Shown one piece after another: positions 39,890 through 51,544 of a stretch of DNA of 64,000 bases. The notes under the pieces are model-generated. The model searched no databases and was not told the DNA's origin. It worked only from the letters and a program-made list of their open reading frames with translations. The translations under genes and the position numbers were made by a program. Source of the DNA: Camelus dromedarius (Eukaryota); the NCBI RefSeq assembly GCF_036321535.1, contig NC_087437.1, positions 41,666,001-41,730,000 on the forward strand, written 5' to 3'. The stretch's first letter is position 1; each line of letters begins with the position of its first letter.

Positions 39890-40102
39890 AGACAGCAGTG
39901 CCAAAACCCTGGGTTCAGGATGCCTGGGATGGAACCCCAGCTCTGCCGCTCACTGTGCCTCAATTATTTCATCTATAAAATGGGATGGTAGGACTATTAC
40001 CTACATCACAGGGTTGTTTTGAGAATAAAACGTGTTTATATTTGTAAAATGCTTGGAATAGTGCCTGGCACACAGTAAGCATCTTTAAGTGTTGATTAAA
40101 TA
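39890..40102 (+). mobile_element. MIR SINE
   Basis: 'tgcctgggatggaaccccagctctgcc...gtgcctcaattatttcatctataaaatggg...gtgcctggcacacagtaagc'. Confidence 0.9.
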
Positions 40103-41044
40103 AGCAAATCATTTTATTCTGTTGCAGAATGTTTGTTCAATAATTCAAAAATTAAGCAAGTTTCACAGCACAAAGGAAAAAAATAACTGTGACACTATGA
40201 AACACTATGAAACATACCATACACTGTTGTTTAATAACCCAGCACTAAAACATCTGGGATCCAGATTTTACTCTGCACTTTGAATTTAGGGAAACTAACA
40301 CTCAGATTTGTACCATTCCTTTTCTCACCAGAAATGTCACAGGATTATGGGAAATGTAGGTTGTGAGTTTCTCATTTTAACCCTGAACAACATTTATCCA
40401 CACCCTGGTGAAAGAATACATTTTATTTTGTGGTGCTAAGACTTAAAGGATTATAAACATAAAGCCAGGCCTGGCACAGCCACAGCCTCTCTCGTGGACA
40501 CAATGACTCACACTAACTGTGAGTTTAAAGGGCCGTATCTTACCTCTACCTCGATCGGTCCTCTACCATCAATCTTTAGTAAACACCTGGCATGGAAAGG
40601 AATCTGCTCACCCAGCAGCTAGCTTGACCAAAATTGCTTTTAGTTTGTAAAACACTGCCACAACTTGAGCTCAAGCATAATTTAGAAACACGCTACTGCA
40701 CTGCTAAGGAGACAAAGTATTTCATTTTTCTGTTAGGTATTCAGGGGAGGAAAGAACAACTCCCTTACCTGTTTCTCCTTCTTGCCAACTACACCTCACA
40801 GTACCTTTCTATACAAATTTAAGTAGCTCACAAGCTTATCTTCATATAGTAACGTATTAGACCTTTCCTGATGGATATAAGATTTACTAAACATAGTCTG
40901 GCTACAGCTTCCTTCATCTTTAAAAGTGAATTTCTCTAAAGCTATGAGAAGGAACTCAAATCTTGCTTAATGAGAAAACTAAAGCTTGCATCATAATCAT
41001 TATCTTTAAAATAATTATTAAAACCCTAAAAGAAAGACGAAAAG

Positions 41045-41175
41045 AGTTTAGTGGAGGGATAGTGGTGACGGTGCACATCGATGTGAAAGTACTTAATGAC
41101 ACTGAACTAGATGTTGAACAATGGTTAAAATGGCAAATTTTGTATACTATGTGTATTTTACCACAATAAAAATAG
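41045..41175 (+). mobile_element. L1MB-like 3' tip
   Basis: 'aatggttaaaatggcaaattttgtatactatgtgtattttaccacaataaa'. Confidence 0.8.
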
Positions 41176-42350
41176 AATAGAATAAAATAACTTTTTAAAA
41201 ATCCTGTAAGAATTGAAGGTAAATGAATTTTAAAACAACAACAACAACAACAAAAGAAACATACACTTAGTAATCAGACAGTTTCCAAGGAGCAGGGTCC
41301 CCTGCTACCCAGTTATAAGTGAATCAACAAGCCTAAATGAATGCTTTACAGCACTTCTCACCATGGTTGACAAATATTCTCACATCAGGGACAAACATAG
41401 TAAAGACACATCTTCCTCAAAGCCTTAACTACTCACATGTTTTATATTGATTGTGAATGATACTAGATCCTGTGAAGACAGACTGTGAGCTCAGACATTA
41501 GTGGAAAGATCCCCAAACAATATTTAAAGGCTGTGTACGAATATAAGCTAAAAGCCTGTGCACAATTCACCTGTATGTATGTTACCACAAAACATTTAAT
41601 ATTGACAGAAACCCTACTCAAACAGGCAGTGTGAAAAAGTGGTGTCTGTTAACAGTTCAAGTTAAAGATTCTTTTCATTCTTTACACTTTCATTGCACCA
41701 TTAATTAGCCAGTTAACGCAGCACAGAGATCTCCGGGTACCTGGTCTCCCAAAAGCCCCAGGAAAGCCCCCAAAGGGCGATCTCAGCTGAAACTGGTAGG
41801 CTTGGCAGATGAAGTTAAGGGAACTCATTCTGGGGGAAGACCTAGAGATAATCAAACGCAGAAATCCTTGTGGTCTTTAAGAATCTACTTGCCTTTATTA
41901 CTTCACAGAGGAAGTAAAGAAGGCAATAATCCGAGACTAAGAGAAGGAGCAAATATAGGCGTGGCGGCAGTTCTGTTCTGGACTGATTCTACAAGGGCAG
42001 TTCTGAAGGGCGTCACAAAATCCTATTCAAGGCCAAGGCTTGGAGCATCGTGCTCTTGGATCTGAGACCTAAGTCCCAAATACCTTGAGCTAGAGCGAAA
42101 AAAACAAGTCCCTTTACACACGCCCAGCTTCTTGCCCCCTCGTCCCCTGCCCCACCCCGGCGTCATCACCTCCTGGGCGCCACAGCGAGCAGCTGTGTGG
42201 CCACAAGCCAGGGACAGTGCATCTGGCAGGCTGGGCTCTAAGCCTCGGAATGCAGCACTTCCTGGTTGGTCCGGGATGCTGGTCCCATCGCGCCCGCCAT
42301 CCCGCTCATCCCACAGGGGACGCGAACCCGGGAGCGCGAGATGACCCGGC

Positions 42351-42396
42351 GACACCAGACACACTGCACTGGGGACACCAGACACACTGCACTGGG
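42351..42396. repeat. Perfect 23-bp tandem duplication
   Basis: gacaccagacacactgcactggg x2. Confidence 0.97.
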
Positions 42397-42751
42397 GGCC
42401 CCAGCGGTGGGGCAGACAGGTGCATCCTGCAGAGGACGCCTCCAACTTCGGGTGGAGCCAGCGCGGCCCTGCGCTCCAGGCAGCCGCGGGCCCTTGGCAG
42501 AAGTGCGCGCGCAAGTCGTCAGCGTCTACTCTGCTGGAACTGGGACGAAGGCGTGCGCAGGAGGCCCCTAGGGGCTGCCAGGGAGGCCGGTCCCGCGAGG
42601 CCTCATGGCGCTGGCGCCCGCCGCGGACGCCACTGCCAAGGTCCCGTCCAAGTTGGGCGGGGAGCGGCCAGCTGCCCGCAGCCGACGGGAGGAGGGACGG
42701 AGGGCGAGCGCAGCGGAAACCGGGCGCCCGCGGGAGCTCTGCGCGCCCAGA

Positions 42752-42862
42752 CCGCGGCGCGGCTCCTACCTGAGGAGCGAGGGCGGCCGCGGCGCGGCTC
42801 CTACCTGTGGAGCGAGGGCGGCCGCGGCGCGGCTCCTACCTGTGGAGCGAGGGCGGCCGCGG
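42752..42862. repeat. 35-bp GC-rich minisatellite, ~3.2 copies
   Basis: ccgcggcgcggctcctacctg(a/t)ggagcgagggcgg starting at 42752, 42787 and 42822; a single position varies. Confidence 0.98.
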
Positions 42863-42990
42863 GAGCCTGCGCGGTGGCGCTGGAGTCTCGGGGCTCGGGC
42901 GCAGCTGGCACCGCTGGAGGCGCGGGAGGAGGGAAGGAGGGAGGACCAGAGTGGGGACCGCGCCGCCGCCCGGAACTCGGCCCGCGGATT
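42770..42990 (-). other. Putative non-coding first exon (TSS position is a guess; donor at 42840, 42805 or 42770)
   Basis: Inside the CpG island; no ATG on the minus strand across this interval; ends in CAG|GTAGGA. Confidence 0.55.
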
Positions 42991-43169
42991 CGCGCTGGCC
43001 TGGCAGGGGTGGGGCGAGGAGGTGCCGGTCCGAGTGCGTCGCGGCGCAGGTTGGCGGCCCGCGCTGGGCACGAGGGCTCGGGCGGCTGGGCCTCTCTCCT
43101 GATCCCTGTTTCTGATTCTCTCTTCCCCCGAAGTTTCAAACTCAACCGCATCAACCAAGGGAATGTTCA

Positions 43170-43395
43170 CTAGTGTTTTTACTATCAGGTACCCTTGAGT
43201 AGCCAAATGCCCAGGCGCTGTTGTAGGAGCTTTGCCTATGTTGTCTAATCTTCGTCTATCGCAGCTGATAGCCATGATTGGCCTATTTTACAGGTTAAAA
43301 ACAGGGTCAAAAAGTGAAATAACGTGCCCAACGTGACACAGTTAAGAAGTAGGAGCTTTGTTGACGTCATCTATAAGCCTGCTTCCAACTCTCTG
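43170..43395 (-). mobile_element. Degenerate MIR next to the CpG island
   Basis: 'cctattttacaggttaaaaacagggtc...gtgaaataacgtgcccaacgtgacacagttaagaagt'. Confidence 0.7.
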
Positions 43396-44699
43396 GCGTT
43401 TGCGTTATCACTAATTTACAAGCAAGGAAACCGAGCCAACCAAGAACACAGGCGATCGGAACTCGTGTCTTGATGTCTTTAAAGCTCAAGCTGGGTATAA
43501 TTCAGAAATCTTAGTATAAAATAATAAATCAGGAGTAAAACATGGAAAGTTCCCATTGCGCCCGTAGAACTGCCCCAACACAGCAATTTTGATGTCCACT
43601 TAGAATACAGTCTTAATAGAAAAAGAACCAGTTGCCATGTGGCTTGAATAGCAGCCCTTTTGGAATATAGCTTTGAATGTAAGCCAACTCCGACCTCATT
43701 ACACAATATTGTGTTCCGCCAAAGCCGAAGGAAGGCATCGCCTCCACATACCCCAAAATGTTAATAACGATGGCCGCTTTAAAGCACTCAGTGGATGTTG
43801 CACAGCCCAGACAGGCCGAGTTTCATAATGTCTTGCTGCATACGTGGAACTATATGGAATGCAATCCAGTTCAGAGGAAGGGAGGAGTGAAATTACAGTC
43901 TGGAACTCAGTTTTCCTGTTTTCCTATAGTTACTCACCCCTCCCTGCACTACATTTTTTCCCTCTTGAGCACATCTTTTCCAGATGATAAGAGAAGTCAC
44001 ACAGCCTTCACTCTCTCCTTGTTGACAGAAATGATTGATGTCTTTTGAATCCTATGATACTGACAGATTTTTACGATTAAACATACGGCCCTCTGAGCAG
44101 AGTATTGCCTAAGAGGAGTTTGGCAAGTGTAAGACAAGCATGTTACTGAGAGGCTGAATACCCTTTTTTCCCATTCTTTCTCAAGTTTTATTAGTCACAG
44201 ATGATTTGATAAGTATTATACACACAAGTAATGCACTCTTACAAGCTTGTATTTGGAAATTATAACACTTTTGATTAAGAAGCAGCAGCCTATAAAATTG
44301 TGTCCCAAATTCCTAAGTGTCATCATTAAAACATTTGGCACTGACCTGTAACAATAGATCTTTCTAGTAACTATAATTAGAAATAAAATTATTTAAGTGC
44401 CCTCATAGCAATTGAATTTCTGCCTCCCTGAGCTAGAGGAATAAAATAGAAAAAGGCCATATGTTGTTTAGAGATAAACTTGAGCTATGGAATGTCAAAG
44501 ATGAGTTTTAGATACAATATGATTCTGTATGTAATTATGTCTATTTTCCTGAAAGATTTGTTGATTGTTGGTGTTTTTCCAAACCTTCCATATCTTCAGA
44601 AATGTCAAGAAAAAATGACTATGAAATCCTGTTGTATATCCATCTGGATACACATTTGATGTTTTTTATCAATCAAGTGGTATTCTAAATCCTCTTTCA

Positions 44700-45500
44700 T
44701 TTTTATCTTTTCTTTTCAGTATAACAGTAATACATGCCCATTTTTATAATTTTTACATTTATGTTTTAAAAATACAAGATTTTGAAGACTACAGAAAACA
44801 GTATTTAATTAAAAGTAGCTATAGTCTACCCCTTACACCCACACCCATTGTTAATATTTTGTTATTTTTCCTTTTTATTTGTTTTCTATACATAAAGATT
44901 TGTTACAAAATTAACACCACACTATACAAACAATTTAACATCTTGTTTATGTCACTGAATATTTATAAGTTGAGCATTTTTTACTGTCACTAATTTAGAA
45001 AATATTTAGTGGTTGAAGAATATTCTAATTATTCACCTATTGATGGCTTTTAGGATGTTTCCAGACTTTTTAGAAATTTTTAAGTTATTCTGGAATGAAC
45101 ACTGGATACCAATCTTTGTTGAGATTTAAACTCTAAATTTTAGATAAGGGTCCTAAATGTGGAGCTACTGGATCAATGTTTATAAACATTTTTGAAGCTC
45201 TGCGAGATGCTGCAAAAATACCTTTCAATATTATGTATTTCTTGCCTATAATTTGAAAATGTGATGGCAAAATCGTATCTTGGTTTAATCAGCATTTCTT
45301 CAATAATCTACAATGATAAACACTATTTTTCATGTTTATTTTTGGTACAATTTACTGAGAATGATCTATTCATGTCTATTGCTTCATTTTTTCTGTGTGA
45401 TACTATTGCTCTTCTTGTTAATTTGCATTAATGCTTTTAATATAAACATATTATTTATCTATACATACACATATTACTTATAAAATATTCTGTAGAATTT
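44700..45500 (-). mobile_element. Very old L1 (L1ME-like) fragment
   Basis: AT-rich antisense L1 3' motifs ('ttcacctattgatggc', 'aatgtggagctactggatcaa', 'gatctattcatgtctattgc'). Confidence 0.6.
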
Positions 45501-47004
45501 GCATACCAATGTGCTCCTCCCAGATATTACCTTGTGGTATATTTTATACATACGCTGCTGTCCAGATCACCTAGGTCATTTTGGGATGCACAGCATCCAT
45601 CATCTTTTCTAATACTTATGATTTTTTATAGAGAATTACCTCTCCCCAAATGTGTATAGTCTCAGCAAGTGGACACTTTGAGGCCACAATCTCCAAGGCA
45701 AAGGGCAGATCCCTACTCTCTATTCCCACCACCAACCACTCCATTCACCCCTGGAGGCCAGTGAACTGAATCCCAAGGAAGGAGGGAGCTGGCAGAGTTT
45801 AGGGCTGGGCTCACTGAGCACAGGCAGTAGCAGCCCCAGCAGCAGCGCTGCCCTGACCAGGGCGACCCAGTCGGAGACAGTTTCCCACTTCCTGATTTGT
45901 TTGTTTTTAACCTCCTGGCACTTCCTTTGTATCTGCTATTTCCAGTCTTGTCTCCCAGCCCTGCCTTGAGTCTGTGAGCCCCTGGGGCCCTTTTCCTTCA
46001 GATAACAAGAGCCTGCATTCATTGCTCGTCTCTCTATAACCCTCACTGACACCCTGTGTCATTCAGTCCACCTATCAGTCCCCTAATTAGTGCCTCATTT
46101 ATTAACTATTAACGCTAATTAACCACCGTTGACAGGGTACCCTGGAAACGCAGGGTATGAAGCAGGATATTTTATCCTCAGTCACCTGCTGACATAAATC
46201 ACGTTAGCCATCCTAACACTGACAGAATGAAAGATGAGAACAGCGTGGTTATCGAGGCTCAAAATTAAAAAAAAAAAAAACAACTATTTGACAGTGATGA
46301 GGACCAGAAATCTCAAGGGAGGATGAGGAACAAAGTGGGTATTGCCAAGGTGTACAGAAGCATCGAGACTCTAGATCTTTATTTTAGCTTCTTGTGGACC
46401 ATTCACATGTTTCATAATTCCTCCCATTAACGGTCAGTTTGTGGGCTGTCTACCACGTGACTCTTTAAAGGGGCCATGCTGACGCCTACAGCCCCAACTG
46501 CAACACCAGAGATAATCTTCTCAGTTACCCTTAGCCAGTCCCTTAGAAGCTTTTTTTTCACACCCAAAGACCCAAAAGGATCCAACTCCCCTAACAGTCA
46601 TTAAATAAATCTAAAAACGTGTTTAAAATATCTTTATAGTTTCAATGTTTATGTGTCTTTTAAAATTGTTTTCATTTTAATGGATTTGGACATTTATACA
46701 AAGTAGCATGATTATTAAATGAGAAAACATGCAAAATCATGTAAAAGAGTGAATACTTGTTTAGAATAATCAATTTTATGTCAATTGGTTGCTATAATTG
46801 TATTAAAGAAACTATACAAGCAACTGTCATCAGTTTCCAACAAAAAATTCATAAACTGGACAGTAAAAAGAAAAATGATCTCAAGAAAGTAATGTTCTAG
46901 GAACCCATAATAAAGGAAAACTAACATTTTTTCCAAAGCTACATATTTTATACAAACATATCTATGTATTTTTAACTTTTAAACTTAACATCAAATATAA
47001 GTTT

Positions 47005-47670
47005 TCATTCCTTCCTACATTATAAAAGCCCACTATGTTGCAGGCACTGTTTTAGTGGCTGAGGATACTACATGAGTAAAACAAATGAAGCCTCTGCTTC
47101 TCTGTAGGAGGACAGACTGAAATATGTAGGCGATGAGGGGTACTGTGAAGAAATATACACCAGGGTAAAGGAAAAGACAAGGGCTTCCAGGATGAAGTGG
47201 AGGGAGGCTGACAGAGAAGGCTTCTCTGATAAGGTGACACCGGAGGAGAAGAAAAGGAGCAAGGCTTGTAGATGTCCAGAGGAAGAGCATCCAGGCAGAG
47301 GGATGAGGTCGTGCAAAGGCCATGAGGCAGAAATGTGCTTGGTTTTCAGTGAAGAGTAAGGAGGCAAAGATGAGTAGAGTGATGTGTGCAAGGAGAAAAG
47401 TGATGGAAAATGGAGTCAGAGGGGGATCAGAGAGCAAGTTCCTAAAAGGAATGAGTTTGAATTTAGTGTTAATTGATCTGAAAAGGTTGAGGCAGAAGAG
47501 GGACACAATCCCACTTTTGTTTTAGGAGGAGCACATTGACTACTATCTGGAGAGCAGACCACATCAGGGTGAGGGTAGAAGCATGAAGACCAAGCAAGAG
47601 TCTAAGGAAGGATGGACTGGAATGAGAGTCATGGAAGTGTTGGAAGGGGTCAGATTCTGCATCCTGATAT
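47005..47670 (-). mobile_element. L2 LINE 3' fragment
   Basis: 'cactatgttgcaggcactgttttag', 'agagaaggcttctctgataaggtgacac', 'ggaagagcatccaggcagaggg'. Confidence 0.85.
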
Positions 47671-50599
47671 AGATAGAAAGAAACCAATATTCAGGAAAAC
47701 CAAATATTCGGGATGAGCCTTACTCAAGGGCATGAGGTAGTTATTCCCTGACCATATAAATTTCATGGGGAGGTGAATTAGTGAAGGTATCAGTGAGGTT
47801 CAATTAACGGCATCATTTTTTTAACTTCATGCACTCCATTCATTTATAAAACGTAAGTTTGAGTTATTGCAGTTTTTCCCTGTGGAACTCAGTTCTACCA
47901 CCCTTAGACCAGTTTCTGCACCATACATATTCCCATTTCAAAATTAAAGACAAACTTCTTCCCCATCAAGTTTTGATTCGACCTTCGCCCAAATATACAT
48001 ACCACCAATTTAGCTTTTCATGTCATAACTTCAGTGTTGGTTGAAATCAGGTATCATTCCTATAGTCTCAAAAACATCTAGCTTTTGACTCAATTACACA
48101 TTAACATTCTTTGCATTTTGCAAATAAACTGTTTCTACAAACATTTGTATGGTTTTACACTTCCCTAGTTCAGTTTAGATTTAGAAAGTTATGTTTATTA
48201 TAACAACAAATGTTTTAACTTAGAGTAGAAGAATAGAAATAGAAGGACATGTTATAAAAGGTTTCTTTAATGATAATAGAATGGCAAAACTTCCCAGGAT
48301 GAGAGCCACTTGGATCCCTGCCTGTGTGCCTTCTAATCTTTCGGAACCTCCAGAGAAATATGGAAGTGTTTTCTTGGCAAACATTTTTTAAAAGCTAAGG
48401 GGTTTGAAAACATTTTTATTCGCCTGCATCACTTTTCATTTTCCAGAAGAAATGCAATCATAGGACACTCACACTAAATTGTTGCTGGTATAGATTTTCA
48501 CACTTGTACAATCTGTCACACTAAAGGCACGTTTTTCTAACTCGTGCTTTAGCCTAGTTTGTAAGGCCAGACAAGACATCCCTACCCTCATACCCAGATA
48601 GAGCAAAAGCATCTCTCAGAAACCTCTCAGCTCTCAGCTTGATTTGTGCTCTGAGTGTTTTCAGGAGTCAGGACCCTTTGCAAGGAGAAGGTGAAACAAG
48701 AAAGGAAAAAATGTGTTACATACACACACATATATATGCATATATATACATATGTATGTTATTTCTTTAGTGGGACAATCCATTTGACTTACATGCTCAC
48801 TTTGAATTACAGACCCTCTGCCCAATGATGTGACTCAACCATCCTTTAATAACAAAAATTCAGGAAATGAAATTTAGAAATATTGATCCTTAACATTAAA
48901 ATACAATGAAAAAAACCCCTGTGTATCATCAAAAGTTCTTCGTAATTCTTTACCCATCTTATATTCACCACTCGGAATCTGTCCATGTCCACAAGCTCCA
49001 AAACCTTTAGGACCAAATGAAATTAGGATATTCTGAATTTTATTAGGATATTCTGGCCTCAAATTGTCCACTTGCTAAGACTATATACATTTGGGGAGAG
49101 GTAATTCTCTCTAAAAAAGAAAAGGCAGCATCCCATAATTAAACACCCTCAGACTTCTGCAGCAAAAGGCATGAGCAGTATGCCACACAGAAAACCAGTG
49201 GCTGCAAATAGCCTTGAATCAGTTCAGGTCAGATTTTACTGCCAAGTGAGTTATGAACAAAACTTTTGGTTTTCAGAACTTTTCAGATTTTAGAATTTCA
49301 GATAGGGCATCACAGATGTGAAATAAAACAAAATGGAGTATGCCTTGGAGACCAGGAAGAACACTTTCAAACCCTTTCCTTACCTCCTCACAATTCATTC
49401 AATACCTTAGAGACCAGTTTTTTTTTGTTTGTTTGTTTGTTTTGTTTTGTTTTGTTTTTGCCAACTGATCAGAGGTCTTGCATTTTTATATTTTTAACAA
49501 TTGTATTTAACAAGTAGATTCAAAACCCATTTGAAAGTCATTTGGGGGTAGATTTTCTAAATGAATTAGAGATGCCTGTTTCCAAGCTTTTTAAAGTGGG
49601 CAGATAGGAGAATTTTTATAGGTGGCACGTGTTTTTCAAAGTCAACCAGTTAGGAAGGAAGCACTTCCAAAAGTCTGCTGTCATGCCCTTTACCATAGCC
49701 CAAGTTTCCTTCAAGAACAGACACTCTCCCCTGTGTTATTAAAATGACACTTTTTATTTTGAAGAGACAATGTTGATTTTAAATTCATCACTATCATAGA
49801 ATTGATAGACACTTGTTATCATAGAAAAGATAGAGTGTGGAACACTAGTGTTTTTAGAAAACAGGAATGTGTCATTCCTCTAAATTTGGCAATTCTGAAA
49901 TGTACTCAGCTGTGATAAAAACAGCACCCTTGTCTATGATACAAAATGTTTGCATCATTACTTATCATCTCTACCAAGGACAGTGAGTAGTTTGCCATAG
50001 TTTAAAGGTCTGATTTTTATACGATTATCTATATCAATGACATCTTGTAGCAATTGGTACATTTTTAGCTTCAACTACTTTGCTGCAAGAGCTTCTTACC
50101 TCTGGATGATGCAGTGAATAAACTTATTTTGAAGCTATCTCTGGATTTAATCCCAGAATCCAAATTTTATTCCAGCCAAAGCAGCTCTTCCATCAGTGAT
50201 TACATGGACACAATTTTTCCATTAAACATTATTCAGTAGCTTTCAGCCTTATCACAGCAAACCATCCTTTTTATTGTCATAACATCCTCTTTACTATCAT
50301 GAAATGGAATTAATTCACAGTTTTAAAAATACAAATATGTGTTGACAACAAAAGAGAAATAATATAAAAATAAGTGATAATAAAGTAGACTATCTCTCAA
50401 TATATAAAAATTTCAAGCAAACCACACTGGAAGACATAATAAAGGGGATAGATGTTTTTACTCCCTGTAATGAATACAGGTTTTTTAAAAGACAAATTTC
50501 CATCTAATTATTGTCTACACCATCATTTCTCAAATTTCAGCGTGCATACACATTGAAATGTGAGTCCTCCACAGAAATAGTTTCCTTCTACTCTTATGT

Positions 50600-51474
50600 T
50601 GTTGTGTTTTTATGTTAAAAAGGTACTGAATTATGTCAAATGTTTTTCTGCATCAATTGAGATGATTAAGTGGGGTGTTCCCCTTTATTTTATTGATGAA
50701 GTGTATTACATTAATCAATTTCCATATGTTCAACTATCCCTTACACTCCAGGAATAAATCCCACCTGGTCATGGTGTATAATCCTTTTAATATGCTACTG
50801 AATTCTGTTTGCTAGTATTTTATTGAAGATTTTTGCATAAATGTTCAGATAGTATATTGGTCTGTAGTTTTCTTATAGTGCCTTTGTCTGGCTTTGGTAT
50901 CAGGGTTATGCTGGCCTCATAGAATGAGTTAGGAAGCGTACCCTCCCCTTCAATTTTTTGGAGAAGTTTGAGAAGGATTAGTCTGAGCTCTTCTTTAAAT
51001 GTTTGATAGAATTCACCTATGAGGCCATCAGGTCCAGGACTTTTCTCTTTTGGGAGATTTTTGATTACTGATTCAATCTTCTTAATAGTCTATTCAGATT
51101 TTCTGTTTCTTCCTGATTTAGTCTTGGCAGGTTTGGTGTTCCTAGGAATTCGTCCATTTCATGTAGGTGATCATACTCTAGTGCTCCCTTTTCTCTGAAG
51201 ATTCAATAGTAATGTTCCCACTTTCATCTCTGATTTAGTAATTTGAGTATCCCTCTTTTTTATCTTAGCCCATCTGGCTAAATTTATGTCCATTGTGTTG
51301 ATCGTTTCAAAGAACCAACAATTAGTTTCATTGATTTTCTCTATTGTTCTTTTATTCTCTATTTTACTTGTCTTTGCTCTGATCTTCATTATTTCCTTCT
51401 TTCTGCTGGCTTTGAGTTTATTTTGTTATTTTCTAGTTCCTTAGATTGTAAAGTTAGGTTGTTGATTTGAGATC
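50600..51474 (-). mobile_element. L1 ORF2 internal fragment
   Basis: ORF 51171-51389 KIRAKTSKIENKRTIEKINETNCWFFETIN matches L1 ORF2 'IEKINETKSWFFEKIN'; 'ctggctttggtatcagggttatgctggcctcatagaatgagtt'. Confidence 0.93.
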
Positions 51475-51544
51475 AGAAAGTGTCTATTTTTTTCTTAGCA
51501 TTTACAATAGCCAAAAATGGGAACTCTGAGCCTACTTACACACA

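Larger units (their letters stand above)
42110..43130. promoter_or_regulatory. CpG island; probable promoter of an unidentified minus-strand gene
   Basis: ~1 kb very GC- and CpG-rich in a CpG-depleted window; GC boxes (gggcgg); CAG|GTAGGA donors on the minus strand; L1s to the left nearly all lie on the + strand. Confidence 0.9.

Noticed and set aside
42752..42862. 35-bp repeats as a CRISPR array
   Set aside because: Units are head-to-tail with no spacers, there are no cas genes, and the context is mammalian.
42770..42990. Naming the host gene
   Set aside because: No coding exon is visible and I do not recognise the first-exon sequence; a BLAT search is needed.
42217..43275. Several long overlapping ORFs (up to 318 aa) in the CpG island, including MALAPAAD... 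at 42605
   Set aside because: They occur in many frames on both strands, are Arg/Gly/Ala/Pro low-complexity and show no recognisable domain. The 35-nt repeat is not a multiple of 3. This is the expected stop-codon scarcity of GC-rich DNA.
48874..49071. 65-aa ORF with protein-like composition
   Set aside because: Non-ATG start inside the inverted-duplicated segment, spans the junction duplication, and has no family I recognise or convincing splice sites.
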